In this document: one piece after another, positions 7,292-15,096 of the stretch | Layout: each line of letters opens with the position of its first letter | How positions within the stretch are numbered: the first letter of the stretch is position 1 | DNA from: Candidatus Limnocylindria bacterium | GTDB taxonomy: Bacteria > Chloroflexota > Limnocylindria > P2-11E | Length of the DNA stretch: 51,217 nucleotides | Reading direction: 5' to 3' | NCBI GenBank assembly: GCA_036569845.1 | Contig: DATCPY010000180.1 | Coordinates: 1 to 51,217 of the forward strand | Translations under genes and position numbers: made by a program | The notes under the pieces: generated by a model | Seen by the model: only the letters and a program-made list of their open reading frames with translations | What the model was told of the DNA's origin: nothing | The model's database searches: none

Positions 7292-7958
7292 GCGCGTCGG
7301 CGACGGCCTGCACCAATCGCGCGGACGCCTCTGACCGTGGCGCGCGCGAACGGAGACGTTCGGCGAGCGCGTCGATGCCGCACACCACCGGGACCGTGGA
7401 GCTCGCGCAATCGTCACCGGTGCCACGCTCGATGAGCACGTAGGCCTCGACCTTCGTGCGGATGTGGCCGCCGCCTGAGATGTCCGACCGCACGCGCGCG
7501 GCGTTCTGTCGCGCGTGACGCGATGGCGACTCCGCGAGGTGCTGCATGCCTTGGTCGGTCACGCGGTGCCAGCCGTCGTTGTAGCAGCCGTACTTCGCGT
7601 CTCCACCGAGCGGCTCGATGGCGGCGATCCCCGACGGTCCGACGACGATGACCGGGACGACCGCGGCACGGTCACGCGGCGCGTACTCGGTGAGCACGAC
7701 GTACTCGGGGCCGAGCGCCGTGGTGAGCTTGTCGGCCACGCGCTCCGCGAGCTTGCCCGCGGTGCGGGCGCCGAGCGCGCTGATCGATTCGCGGATGCCG
7801 AACACGAGCGGCGGGATGGAGATCGCGTAATAGAGGCCGCCCGCCAGCTCCCTGGCGACCGCCGCGGTGCCGAGCGCGAGAGCCAGCCAGAAGCACGCGG
7901 CGCGCAGATCGCGCCGCCAACGCACCGGCCGGGTAACCCTGGAAGCAAGGATCGCCAC
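7263..7958 (-). CDS. Membrane-anchored NERD (nuclease-related domain)-like protein
   Basis: One or two N-terminal TM helices (AACFWLALALGTAAVA...). Then VVLTEY...VPVIVVGPSGIAAIEPLGGDAKYGCYNDGWHRV, resembling the NERD core (hD..ID.lvvgp.GvfviE.K). GTG 7958 is preceded by AAGGAAGGA at 6 nt and is preferred over the track start at 8030. The 3' end overlaps the convergent PIG-L gene by 29 nt. Confidence 0.5.
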   Translation of the reverse strand: MAILASRVTRPVRWRRDLRAACFWLALALGTAAVARELAGGLYYAISIPPLVFGIRESISALGARTAGKLAERVADKLTTALGPEYVVLTEYAPRDRAAVVPVIVVGPSGIAAIEPLGGDAKYGCYNDGWHRVTDQGMQHLAESPSRHARQNAARVRSDISGGGHIRTKVEAYVLIERGTGDDCASSTVPVVCGIDALAERLRSRAPRSEASARLVQAVADALTHPLAVAV

Positions 7959-8061
7959 GGGATGTCCTTCCTTTTGTCGCCGCTCTCTGATGGTGAGAGC
8001 GCGATGCTCGTCCGTCGTGGCGCGGCCCACAAGTAGGAGAGTGGTACTAGGGGCCGGCGGT

Positions 8062-8067
8062 TAGCCT
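8062..8067 (+). promoter_or_regulatory. -10-like TAGCCT hexamer 7 nt upstream of ATG 8075 (leaderless SIS gene)
   Basis: TANNNT followed by a 7-nt spacer and then the start codon, with no Shine-Dalgarno. The same geometry occurs at 6461, 6436 and 33551. Confidence 0.35.
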
Positions 8068-8074
8068 CCAGCGA

Positions 8075-9106
8075 ATGTCCCTCCGCTCCGAGATCGCCGA
8101 GCAGCCCGCGGTCGTCGCCCGCCTCCTCGAGGCCGGCTGGCCGGAGGCTCGGACGCTCGCGCGGCCGCTGGCGGCCGCCGAGCACCTGACCATCGCCGCC
8201 CGGGGCTCGTCCGACAACGCCGCCACGTACGGGAAATACCTGTTCGAGAGCCTGGCCGGGCTGGTGACCGCGCTCGCCGCGCCGTCCCTGGTGACCCGCT
8301 ACCGAATGCCACCCAGCTTCGCCCGCGGCGCCGTCATCGGCATCTCCCAGTCCGGAGCCGCGCCCGACGTGGCCGCCGTCCTTGCGGAGGCCCGCTCGGT
8401 ACGGGCGCCGACGGTCGCCATCACCAACCGGGCCGGGTCGCTCCTGGCCCGCACCGCTGCGGAGACCTTCCTCCTCCGGTGCGGCCCCGAGCGGTCGATC
8501 GCCGCCACCAAGACCTACACCGCGACCTGCGTCGCGCTCGCGCTGCTCGCCGCGAATGCCGCGGAGTCGCGCGGCCGGAGCGCGCTCTCGCTCGCCGGCC
8601 TGGTCGACAGCGTCGTTGAGGCCGAGGCCAGCGAGCGCGATGCCGACCGGATCGCGCGAAAGGTCGGGAAGGCCCGCGCGATCGTGGTGCTCGGCCGCGG
8701 CTACGAGTACTCGACGGCGCTCGAGGCTGCGCTGAAGATCAAGGAGCTCGCGCAGATCTGGGCCGAGCCGTACTCGAGCGCGGATTTCGCGCATGGACCG
8801 ATCGCGTTGCTCGAGACCGGCGTGCCGGTGCTGCTGTTCAGCGCGCGCGGCGCCGCGCAGTCGGAAGCGCGGGCGCTCTCGCGCACGCTACGGGCGAAGG
8901 GCGCGAAGGTCTACGCGGTGACGAATGACGCGGGGCTGGCCGAGCTCGCGGATGACGCCGTGCTGCTGCGGGCTCCGTTGTCGGAGGCGTTGACCCCGAT
9001 CAGCTTCGTCGTCGCGGCGCAGCTCGTCGCACTCTCGCTCGCGCGGCGGCACGGCCGCGACGTGGAGCGGCCGCGCGGGCTTTCGAAGGTGACGCGGACC
9101 CGCTAG
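8075..9106 (+). CDS. Tandem-SIS-domain sugar-phosphate isomerase/deaminase (GlmS C-domain-like / NagB-II / AgaS-like)
   Basis: 343 aa with IAARGSSDNAATYGKYL, GISQSGAAPDV, ATKTYTA and LEAALKIKE motifs, typical of GlmS-type SIS domains. There is no glutaminase domain. Confidence 0.8.
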   Translation: MSLRSEIAEQPAVVARLLEAGWPEARTLARPLAAAEHLTIAARGSSDNAATYGKYLFESLAGLVTALAAPSLVTRYRMPPSFARGAVIGISQSGAAPDVAAVLAEARSVRAPTVAITNRAGSLLARTAAETFLLRCGPERSIAATKTYTATCVALALLAANAAESRGRSALSLAGLVDSVVEAEASERDADRIARKVGKARAIVVLGRGYEYSTALEAALKIKELAQIWAEPYSSADFAHGPIALLETGVPVLLFSARGAAQSEARALSRTLRAKGAKVYAVTNDAGLAELADDAVLLRAPLSEALTPISFVVAAQLVALSLARRHGRDVERPRGLSKVTRTR

Positions 9107-9443
9107 TGCGCTTCCGCGGCGCGGCCTTCTTCGGCGCCGCGGCGAGCTTGGGGGCGGCCGTGCTCTTGGCTGCGCTTGCGCCCTTTTGCGTGAAGTCGAC
9201 CTTCAGCTCGTAGCCGTACACGGTCGCGAGGCGCGCGAGCGAGCGAAGGGACGGGAGATAGCGCGGGTCTTCCATGCGCCGGAGCTGCGTTTGCGACGTG
9301 CCGAGCTTGCGCGCGGCGGCGCGTTCCGACAGCCCGGCCGAATGCCGGAGGTCGCTCACCGAGCGCGCGACGGCGCTCGCGAGCGGATCGGGCGGCAGCT
9401 GCTGGGCCGCCGGGGGGGTCATGTCTTTGAGGGAGTCCCGCAC
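9000..9443 (-). CDS. XRE-family helix-turn-helix regulator with Ala/Pro/Lys/Arg-rich basic tail
   Basis: The HTH core is LRHSAGLSERAAARKLGTSQTQLRRMEDP...SLRSLARLATVYGYEL. The tail reads AAKSTAAPKLAAAPKKAAPRKR... and then becomes Arg-rich. The last 107 nt are antisense to the 3' end of the SIS gene. A TACCAT hexamer lies 6 nt upstream of GTG 9443. Confidence 0.65.
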   Translation of the reverse strand: MRDSLKDMTPPAAQQLPPDPLASAVARSVSDLRHSAGLSERAAARKLGTSQTQLRRMEDPRYLPSLRSLARLATVYGYELKVDFTQKGASAAKSTAAPKLAAAPKKAAPRKRTSGSASPSKARAAAPRRGRAAARARVRRAAPRRRS

Positions 9444-9529
9444 CCGTAGATGGTATCGGGCGAGGCTTGCGGTCCGTACATAGGACGAACGTACTGTGGA
9501 TAAGGCGCGCGGTCGTTACCGATCCGATC

Positions 9530-10477
9530 TCACGACGCGCGGCCGCTTTCCCCGGCGAAGGCGTCGATCACATCGCGCTTGTCCGGGTCGTAGGCGAACA
9601 GGATGACCCCATCGCATCCGGCGTCGCGCGCCGCGCGCACCTGATCGCGCACGCGCTCCCGTTCGCCCGCGTAGGCCATCAGCCCACCCCACATCCGCAC
9701 CGCGGGCGCGGCCGCGCGCGCCGAACCGAGCACGCGCCGGACCTCCGCGGTATCGGTCCGGTACGCCATCGGGCACACCAGGTCGATGAGCCCCTCCGCC
9801 GCCCAGTCGGGCCACCGCTGGAGCACGCGGTCACGAGCCACGGCCGGATCCGGGAACACGGCCGCGGAGATCACGATGCCCGGCCGCGCCGCGCGGACCC
9901 GCGCCGTCGTCTCGCGGACGATCGTCGTGATCGCGGCGTGATCGTCAGGTGAATTCGCGTACGTCACCTGCGGATAACGGATGTAGTCGTGGTGGAAGCC
10001 CTCGACCGGATACCGGCGAACGATGTCCTCGAACACCGCGACGGTGTGGGCCCGCGCCGCGGCGTTCGTGGGGTCGATGTAGATGCCCTCCCAGTCGGTC
10101 CCGCCGACGGGATCGAGGTACGTGACGCCGTCGGGCCGGAGCAGCCAGTCGGGATGCGCGTTCACGAGATGGGCCGGCGAGCGGGGGAGGGCCTGGGTCG
10201 GGCTTGACCAGACGAACGTGCCGTTCGCCCAGGCGTGGATCCGGACGCCGACGGCCGCGCCGCCGCGCACGAGGTGCGCGAGCGGATCGAGGTCCGGGTC
10301 CAGGAGGGCCTCCGCTCGCGGCTCGAGCGCGCTCGTGTAGTACGCATCACCCCGTCCGCGGACCTGGACGACCAGGTCGCGGATGTTCCAGCCCACGCTG
10401 TCCGCGAGCAGATCGTCGATCGCGGCCTTCGTGGTGATGCGGTCCCGCACCACCCACAACGCGGTTTCGAAGGTCAT
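9530..10477 (-). CDS. Glycoside-hydrolase-like family 10 (GHL10/YngK-like) protein, no signal peptide
   Basis: 315 aa, ALWVVRD...WNIRDLVVQVRGRGDAYYTSALEP...HAWAN...HHDYIRYP, matching the GHL10/DUF187 TIM-barrel pattern. ATGA overlap with the upstream gene. Confidence 0.6.
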   Translation of the reverse strand: MTFETALWVVRDRITTKAAIDDLLADSVGWNIRDLVVQVRGRGDAYYTSALEPRAEALLDPDLDPLAHLVRGGAAVGVRIHAWANGTFVWSSPTQALPRSPAHLVNAHPDWLLRPDGVTYLDPVGGTDWEGIYIDPTNAAARAHTVAVFEDIVRRYPVEGFHHDYIRYPQVTYANSPDDHAAITTIVRETTARVRAARPGIVISAAVFPDPAVARDRVLQRWPDWAAEGLIDLVCPMAYRTDTAEVRRVLGSARAAAPAVRMWGGLMAYAGERERVRDQVRAARDAGCDGVILFAYDPDKRDVIDAFAGESGRAS

Positions 10478-11238
10478 GGCAGCGACCCGTAGGCGGACAG
10501 GGCGATGCCGTTACGCGCGATCGCGGCCTTCACCCGAGGATCGGTGAGGGTCGCGAGCTCAGCGGCTCGTAATGAGGCGTACGTCGACGTCGCGGCGAGC
10601 TCGGGGTCCGGCTCCCCGGGGTGGCACCCGAGCTCGCTCACGCCATCGCCGATCTCGGCGAGGATCCGCTCGAGCGTCGCGACGTCCACGTGCCCTTCGT
10701 GCTGGAAGTCGCGACGGTAGCGATCCACCGTCCGGACCCCCGCCGCCCGCAGGCGGTCGCGCTGCGGATCGTCGTGCGGCCGGACCGCGGTCCCGGTCTC
10801 GAGCGCGATCGTCACGATGGCCGCTTCGAGCGCGGGCTCGTCGTGAAGCCAGTGATGCGAGTCGAGGTGCGTCGGCCGGCGACCGATGAGGGCTTCGGCT
10901 CTGGCGAACTGCGCCCGGTACTCGATGACCGCCTCGCCGCCGTTCGCGCGGCCGGTCCCGAGGAACGCCCCGGGCACACGGGGGAACGAGCCGTCGTGCT
11001 CGACGAGTGACGGGACGGTCCGCGGATCCGAGATCGGCCGACCGTAGGTGAGCGTGAGGTGCACGCCGACGTCCAGCGACGGCGCTTCTCGCGCGAGCTT
11101 CGCGGCGTCATCCGTTGCCGGCGCGCCGACCATGAGCGTGGTCGCGGTGACGATGCCGTCGCGGTGCGCCCGCACGATGCCGAGGTTCACGCCGCGCGCG
11201 CGGCCGAAGTCGTCCGCGTTGACGATGAGCCGTTTCAT
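10474..11238 (-). CDS. YdjC/ChbG-family carbohydrate (chito-oligosaccharide type) deacetylase
   Basis: 254 aa with MKRLIVNADDFG...GIV and ...HLDSHHW... motifs. ATGA overlaps on both sides. Confidence 0.8.
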   Translation of the reverse strand: MKRLIVNADDFGRARGVNLGIVRAHRDGIVTATTLMVGAPATDDAAKLAREAPSLDVGVHLTLTYGRPISDPRTVPSLVEHDGSFPRVPGAFLGTGRANGGEAVIEYRAQFARAEALIGRRPTHLDSHHWLHDEPALEAAIVTIALETGTAVRPHDDPQRDRLRAAGVRTVDRYRRDFQHEGHVDVATLERILAEIGDGVSELGCHPGEPDPELAATSTYASLRAAELATLTDPRVKAAIARNGIALSAYGSLP

Positions 11239-12044
11239 CGCGCGTCGAGGGCGCGACGCACGCTCCAGCCGTTCGCCTCGAGCTTCGCTCGCGCGGCCTC
11301 GTCATCGATACCCAGCTCGTCGCGCACCATGCCGACCGCGCGAGCGCGAAGCTTCTCGTTCGTCGGACGCAGTTCGACCATCAGGTCGCCCTTGGTCCGT
11401 CCGCTGCGGATCATCGCGGTGGTCGAGAGCATGTTCAAGACGAGCTTGGTCGCGGTACCGGCCTTCAAGCGGCTCGAGCCGGCGACGATCTCGGGGCCGA
11501 CCTCGACCACGATCGGGATCTCCACCGCATCCGCGAGCGCGGAGTCCGGCACGCACGTCACGCACGCGGTGACCGCGCCGAGCGCGCGCGCGGCCTTCAT
11601 CGCGGCGACGACGTAGCGTGCCGAGCCGCTCGCGGAGAGTCCCACGACCACGTCTCCGGGCCGCGCGACGCGAACGATCTCGCGCTCGCCCGAGAGTGGA
11701 TCGTCTTCGGCGCCTTCGACCGATGCCCGGAGCGCGGCGTCGCCACCGGCGATGACGCCGTGCACGACGTCCGCGTCCACGCCGAACGTCGGCGGCGCCT
11801 CGCTCGCGTCCAGGACCCCGAGGCGTCCGCTCGTCCCCGCGCCGACGTAGCGCAGCCGGCCGCCGCCGGCGAACGCCGCCGCAATGGCGTCCGCGGCCCG
11901 CGCGATGTCCGGAAGCGCCCCGCGTACGGCCACCGGGACCGTCGCGTCCTCGCCGTTCATCAAGGTGACGATCTCGAGGCTGGACATGGTCGCGAGGCGC
12001 GCCGCCTTCGGGTTGCGCCGCTCGGTGCCGGGTACCTGGCTCAT
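11235..12044 (-). CDS. murQ: N-acetylmuramic acid 6-phosphate etherase
   Basis: GAGTSGRLGVLDASEAPPTFG, GLSASG, SSRLKAGTATKLVLNMLST and NEKL motifs align with MurQ. The track ORF extends to 12539, but that N-terminus is Arg-rich junk. ATG 12044 sits in an ATGA overlap with the kinase stop. Confidence 0.9.
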   Translation of the reverse strand: MSQVPGTERRNPKAARLATMSSLEIVTLMNGEDATVPVAVRGALPDIARAADAIAAAFAGGGRLRYVGAGTSGRLGVLDASEAPPTFGVDADVVHGVIAGGDAALRASVEGAEDDPLSGEREIVRVARPGDVVVGLSASGSARYVVAAMKAARALGAVTACVTCVPDSALADAVEIPIVVEVGPEIVAGSSRLKAGTATKLVLNMLSTTAMIRSGRTKGDLMVELRPTNEKLRARAVGMVRDELGIDDEAARAKLEANGWSVRRALDAR

Positions 12045-12949
12045 ACGGCACCCCAGGCCAACGTTGCCGCGAGCCGCGCGGCGCCCATGGCCGGCTCTTC
12101 GCCGACGGGCTCGACGGCCGCGCGGGGCAGCGCGCTGAGGAGCTCGATCCGCACCGCTTTCTCCAGCGGCTGCACATTCTCGAACGCGCCGCCGGCGAGG
12201 TAGACCGGACCGCCGTCGAGGAGCAGGCCGTGCGCGACGGTCGCGGCCATGTTCGCGAGCAGCCGCGCACCGCGCTGCACGATGTTCACCGCGATGCCGT
12301 CGTTCTCGGCGAACGCGCGCGCGACCGCTCGGGTCGACGCGAGGATCGCCGGCGACGGATGGGGCTTGCCGTAGAGGACCGGCAGCACGCCATTGAAGTC
12401 GGTGATCCCGAGATCCAGGAACAGGTGGCGCGTGATCGCTGTCGGCGATCCACGGCCGTCGTGGTCGTACGACGCCGCGCGCAGGCCCTCCTGTCCGATC
12501 CACACCGCGGAGCCTTCGTCGCCGACGAGATATCCCCATCCGCCGCAGCGCGCTTCGGCGCCCTGTTCGTTCCGGCCATACGCGATCGAGCCGGTTCCAC
12601 TGATGAGCACGACGCCGCAGCCCGCGGCGTTGCCGGCGTACAGCGCGGCCTTCGCGTCGTGGGTCACCTCGACCGCGACGTCCGGACCGAGGAGCGACGC
12701 GAGGATCGCGCGGCCCTTTGCCCGGTCGGCCTCGCGCTCGCCGCCGGCGCAGGAGAGCACGACCGCGTCGGGACGGCGTCCGGCCAGCGCTTCGCTCAGC
12801 GCCGCGGCGATCGAGCCCTGCGGGTCGGGAGACGAGAGCAGGTTCGCGCCCCCGCCGGCGCCGCGGCCGACGATCTCTCCGCCACGCGTCATCGCGAAGG
12901 CGCGGGTCTTCGTGCCGCCCGCGTCCATGCCCACGACGAGGTCATGCAT
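12041..12949 (-). CDS. BadF/BadG/BcrA/BcrD-type ATPase; N-acetylglucosamine (or MurNAc) kinase
   Basis: 302 aa with VVGMDAGGTKT, ISGTGS and GGWGYLVGDEGSA motifs of the eukaryotic-type GlcNAc kinase family. Confidence 0.8.
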   Translation of the reverse strand: MHDLVVGMDAGGTKTRAFAMTRGGEIVGRGAGGGANLLSSPDPQGSIAAALSEALAGRRPDAVVLSCAGGEREADRAKGRAILASLLGPDVAVEVTHDAKAALYAGNAAGCGVVLISGTGSIAYGRNEQGAEARCGGWGYLVGDEGSAVWIGQEGLRAASYDHDGRGSPTAITRHLFLDLGITDFNGVLPVLYGKPHPSPAILASTRAVARAFAENDGIAVNIVQRGARLLANMAATVAHGLLLDGGPVYLAGGAFENVQPLEKAVRIELLSALPRAAVEPVGEEPAMGAARLAATLAWGAV

Positions 12950-12979
12950 GACGGGGAGTATGGAGCGCCCTCCGCACCG

Positions 12980-14071
12980 CTACGGCCGGTGGATCGCGCC
13001 GGCGGACACTGCGCGCGACGCACCCGTGCACTTCGGCAAGGTGTTCGGCTCGCCGCGCAGCCGGTACGCGCCGAGGATCGCGAACGCGGCGGCCTCGCGG
13101 GCCTCGGCCGGGATGCCGAGGTCGTCGGTGGATCGGATCGGCAGCTTCGTCCGCTCCTTCAATCGCGCCATGAGCGTCGCGTTGCGCGCGCCGCCGCCCG
13201 CGACGACGAGCTCGCGCCACGGGCCACCGTCGAGCGCGCGCCCGATGGTCTCGACCGTGAGCGCCGTGGCCGTCGCGATCGCGTCGTCGAGCGAGCCACC
13301 GGCCGCCTTGACGTCGGCGAGCAGCTGCTGAGTGAACGACGCGCCGAACTCCTCGCGACCGGTCGACCGCGGTCCCCGCCGCGCGAAGTACGGATGCGCG
13401 AGCGCTCGCGCGAGCGCGGCGTCACTGACGCGACCGCGGGCGGCGGCGGCGCCGTCGCGGTCGAGCTCGTTCCCGCCCTTGCGCGCCAGCTGGTCGATCA
13501 CCATGTTCCCGGGACCCGTGTCGAACGCCGTCACATCCTCGGCCCGGTCCGTCGGAAGCAGCGTGAGGTTGGCGATGCCGCCGAGGTTCAGGATCGCGCG
13601 CGGCGTCCCGTCGGCGAAGAGCAGGTGATCGGCGAACGGCACGAGCGGGGCGCCCTGACCGCCGAGGGCGACATCGGCGCTGCGGAAGTCATTGATCACC
13701 GGGGCGGCGATCTCCACCGCGACCCGCGACGCATCGCCGATCTGCAGCGTCGCGTGCTCCGCCGGGAAGTGCGCGATCGTCTGGCCGTGCAGCGCGATGC
13801 AGGCCGGCTCGCGTCCGATCTTGGTCACGAGCTCGCGGGCGATCGACGCATATGCGGCGCCGAGGTCGGCGTGCAGGAGGGCGATGTCGTGCGCGGACAG
13901 CGGCGCGCCCGAGCCGGCGGCGAGGATCCGGTAGCGAAGGCTGTCCGAGTGGTCGCGCGCGACGTGCGCGAGCAGGCGGATCGTCGGTCGCGGGCGCTCG
14001 TCACCGAGCTCGATGGCGGCGGCGTCCATCCCGTCGGCCGACGTTCCGGACATGATGCCGATCGCGATCAC
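12980..14071 (-). CDS. anmK: Anhydro-N-acetylmuramic acid kinase
   Basis: VIAIGIMSGTSADGMDAA..., LNLGGIANL, FDTGPGNMVID and ...GGGARN motifs. The track ORF extends to 14239. GTG 14071 forms a GTGA overlap with the upstream stop and gives the canonical MSGTS N-terminus. Confidence 0.9.
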   Translation of the reverse strand: MIAIGIMSGTSADGMDAAAIELGDERPRPTIRLLAHVARDHSDSLRYRILAAGSGAPLSAHDIALLHADLGAAYASIARELVTKIGREPACIALHGQTIAHFPAEHATLQIGDASRVAVEIAAPVINDFRSADVALGGQGAPLVPFADHLLFADGTPRAILNLGGIANLTLLPTDRAEDVTAFDTGPGNMVIDQLARKGGNELDRDGAAAARGRVSDAALARALAHPYFARRGPRSTGREEFGASFTQQLLADVKAAGGSLDDAIATATALTVETIGRALDGGPWRELVVAGGGARNATLMARLKERTKLPIRSTDDLGIPAEAREAAAFAILGAYRLRGEPNTLPKCTGASRAVSAGAIHRP

Positions 14072-15096
14072 GATGCCGCCGCCTGGTGCACCGCGATCCG
14101 GAACGCGTACATCGCCTCGTCGTTCGCGCGCCCGAAGTACACGCGGTTCGTGAGAAGCACGACCGTCAGGTCCTTGGTCGGGTCGATCCACAAGGAGGTA
14201 CCGGTGAATCCGGTATGACCGTAGCTGTCCATGCTCCAACGATCGCTCGTCATCGGGCCTTTCGGCGCGCGGAGCGCAAGGCCAAGGCCGCGCCGGACGT
14301 TCTCGGCCTTCGCGTGCTCTGTGCGCGCGAGCCCGGCGAGATCGTTCCCGATCACAGCCCCGTCGCGGAACACGCGAGCGATCGCAGCGACATCCGCGGC
14401 GGTGCCGAAGAGCCCGGCGTGTCCGGCGATGCCGCCCATCGCGTAGGCGTTCTCATCGTGCACGGTGCCGCGGATCCGGCCGCGTCCGAGCGAGGGGTCG
14501 AGCTCCGTTGCCGCGCACGCCGCGGCGTCCGCCGGCCGATAGCCCAGGGTCGAGGCCTCGACCGGTCCACTGACGCGTTCGGCGACAAGATCGGCGAACG
14601 TGCCGCCCCCCGTGTTCGCGAGCCCGGCGGTCAGCATGATGTAGCCGAGATCGCTGTAGGTGAACGTGCCGAGATCCTGCGCGAGCGGCTCGTGGGCCGC
14701 GCGCCACACGGCCTCGTCGATCGAATGGACCTCCTGCCAGAGCGGCAGCCACCACTTCAGGCCCGCGGTGTGCGTGAGGACGTGCTGAAGGGTGACCTCG
14801 TCCTTACGGCCGCCGCGGAAGTCGGGCACGAGCTCTCGGAGCGGCGTCTCGAGCGAGAGCGCGCGCTCGCGCACGAACGAGAGCAGGAGCGCGGTGGTCG
14901 CGAGCTTCGTGAGCGATGCGAGATCGAAGACCGTCGCCTCGGTGCAGGGCGCGTCGGGTGGCGCGCTCGGGTCGGGACAGAGCGCGCCGGCGGCGTAGGT
15001 CTCGGCCCGGCCCCGTTGCTCGACCCGGACGGCGCACGCCGTGAATAGCGCGCCGGCCGCCGCGTCGACGATCGGCCTGATGCGGTCGAGGCTCAG
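14068..15096 (-). CDS. Beta-lactamase-fold serine hydrolase, AmiE/YbbE-like (putative MurNAc-L-Ala amidase); non-canonical CTG start proposed
   Basis: The track ORF starts at GTG 14874. The in-frame upstream sequence reads LSLDRIRPIVDAAAGALFTACAVRVEQRGRAE...ATVFDLASLTKLATTALLL, carrying the catalytic SxxK (SLTK, 14905-14916). YSDLGY and HTGFTG motifs lie downstream. There is no ATG/GTG/TTG in frame between 14875 and at least 15240. CTG 15096-15094 overlaps the upstream TGA (CTGA). Confidence 0.75.
   Translation of the reverse strand: MSLDRIRPIVDAAAGALFTACAVRVEQRGRAETYAAGALCPDPSAPPDAPCTEATVFDLASLTKLATTALLLSFVRERALSLETPLRELVPDFRGGRKDEVTLQHVLTHTAGLKWWLPLWQEVHSIDEAVWRAAHEPLAQDLGTFTYSDLGYIMLTAGLANTGGGTFADLVAERVSGPVEASTLGYRPADAAACAATELDPSLGRGRIRGTVHDENAYAMGGIAGHAGLFGTAADVAAIARVFRDGAVIGNDLAGLARTEHAKAENVRRGLGLALRAPKGPMTSDRWSMDSYGHTGFTGTSLWIDPTKDLTVVLLTNRVYFGRANDEAMYAFRIAVHQAAAS

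Noticed and set aside
11235-12539. N-terminal extensions offered by the ORF track for murQ (to 12539), anmK (to 14239), marR (to 19238), pmbA (to 40005), tsaC (from 43368), rpiB (from 44003), the GNAT (from 23376) and DUF3052 (to 51138)
   Set aside because: The extended parts are Arg-rich junk overlapping the upstream gene. Each true N-terminus begins at an internal ATG/GTG that matches the family's conserved N-terminal motif. In most cases that start sits in an ATGA/GTGA overlap with the preceding stop.
12230-14218. Very long ORFs (for example 12230..14218 +, 662 aa; 7559..8794 -; 22055..23506 -; 27307..28542 -; 28032..29699 +; 44263..45474 -; 44736..46436 +; 48805..51180 +, 791 aa) that might suggest overlapping or antisense genes
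   Set aside because: Their products are Arg/Ala/Pro/Gly-rich low-complexity strings with no motifs. They lie antisense to or out of frame with genes that carry clear family signatures. Long spurious open frames are expected at about 70% GC because stop codons are AT-rich. Only the terminal segments of three of them are real genes (upp, the response regulator and the 34480 membrane protein).
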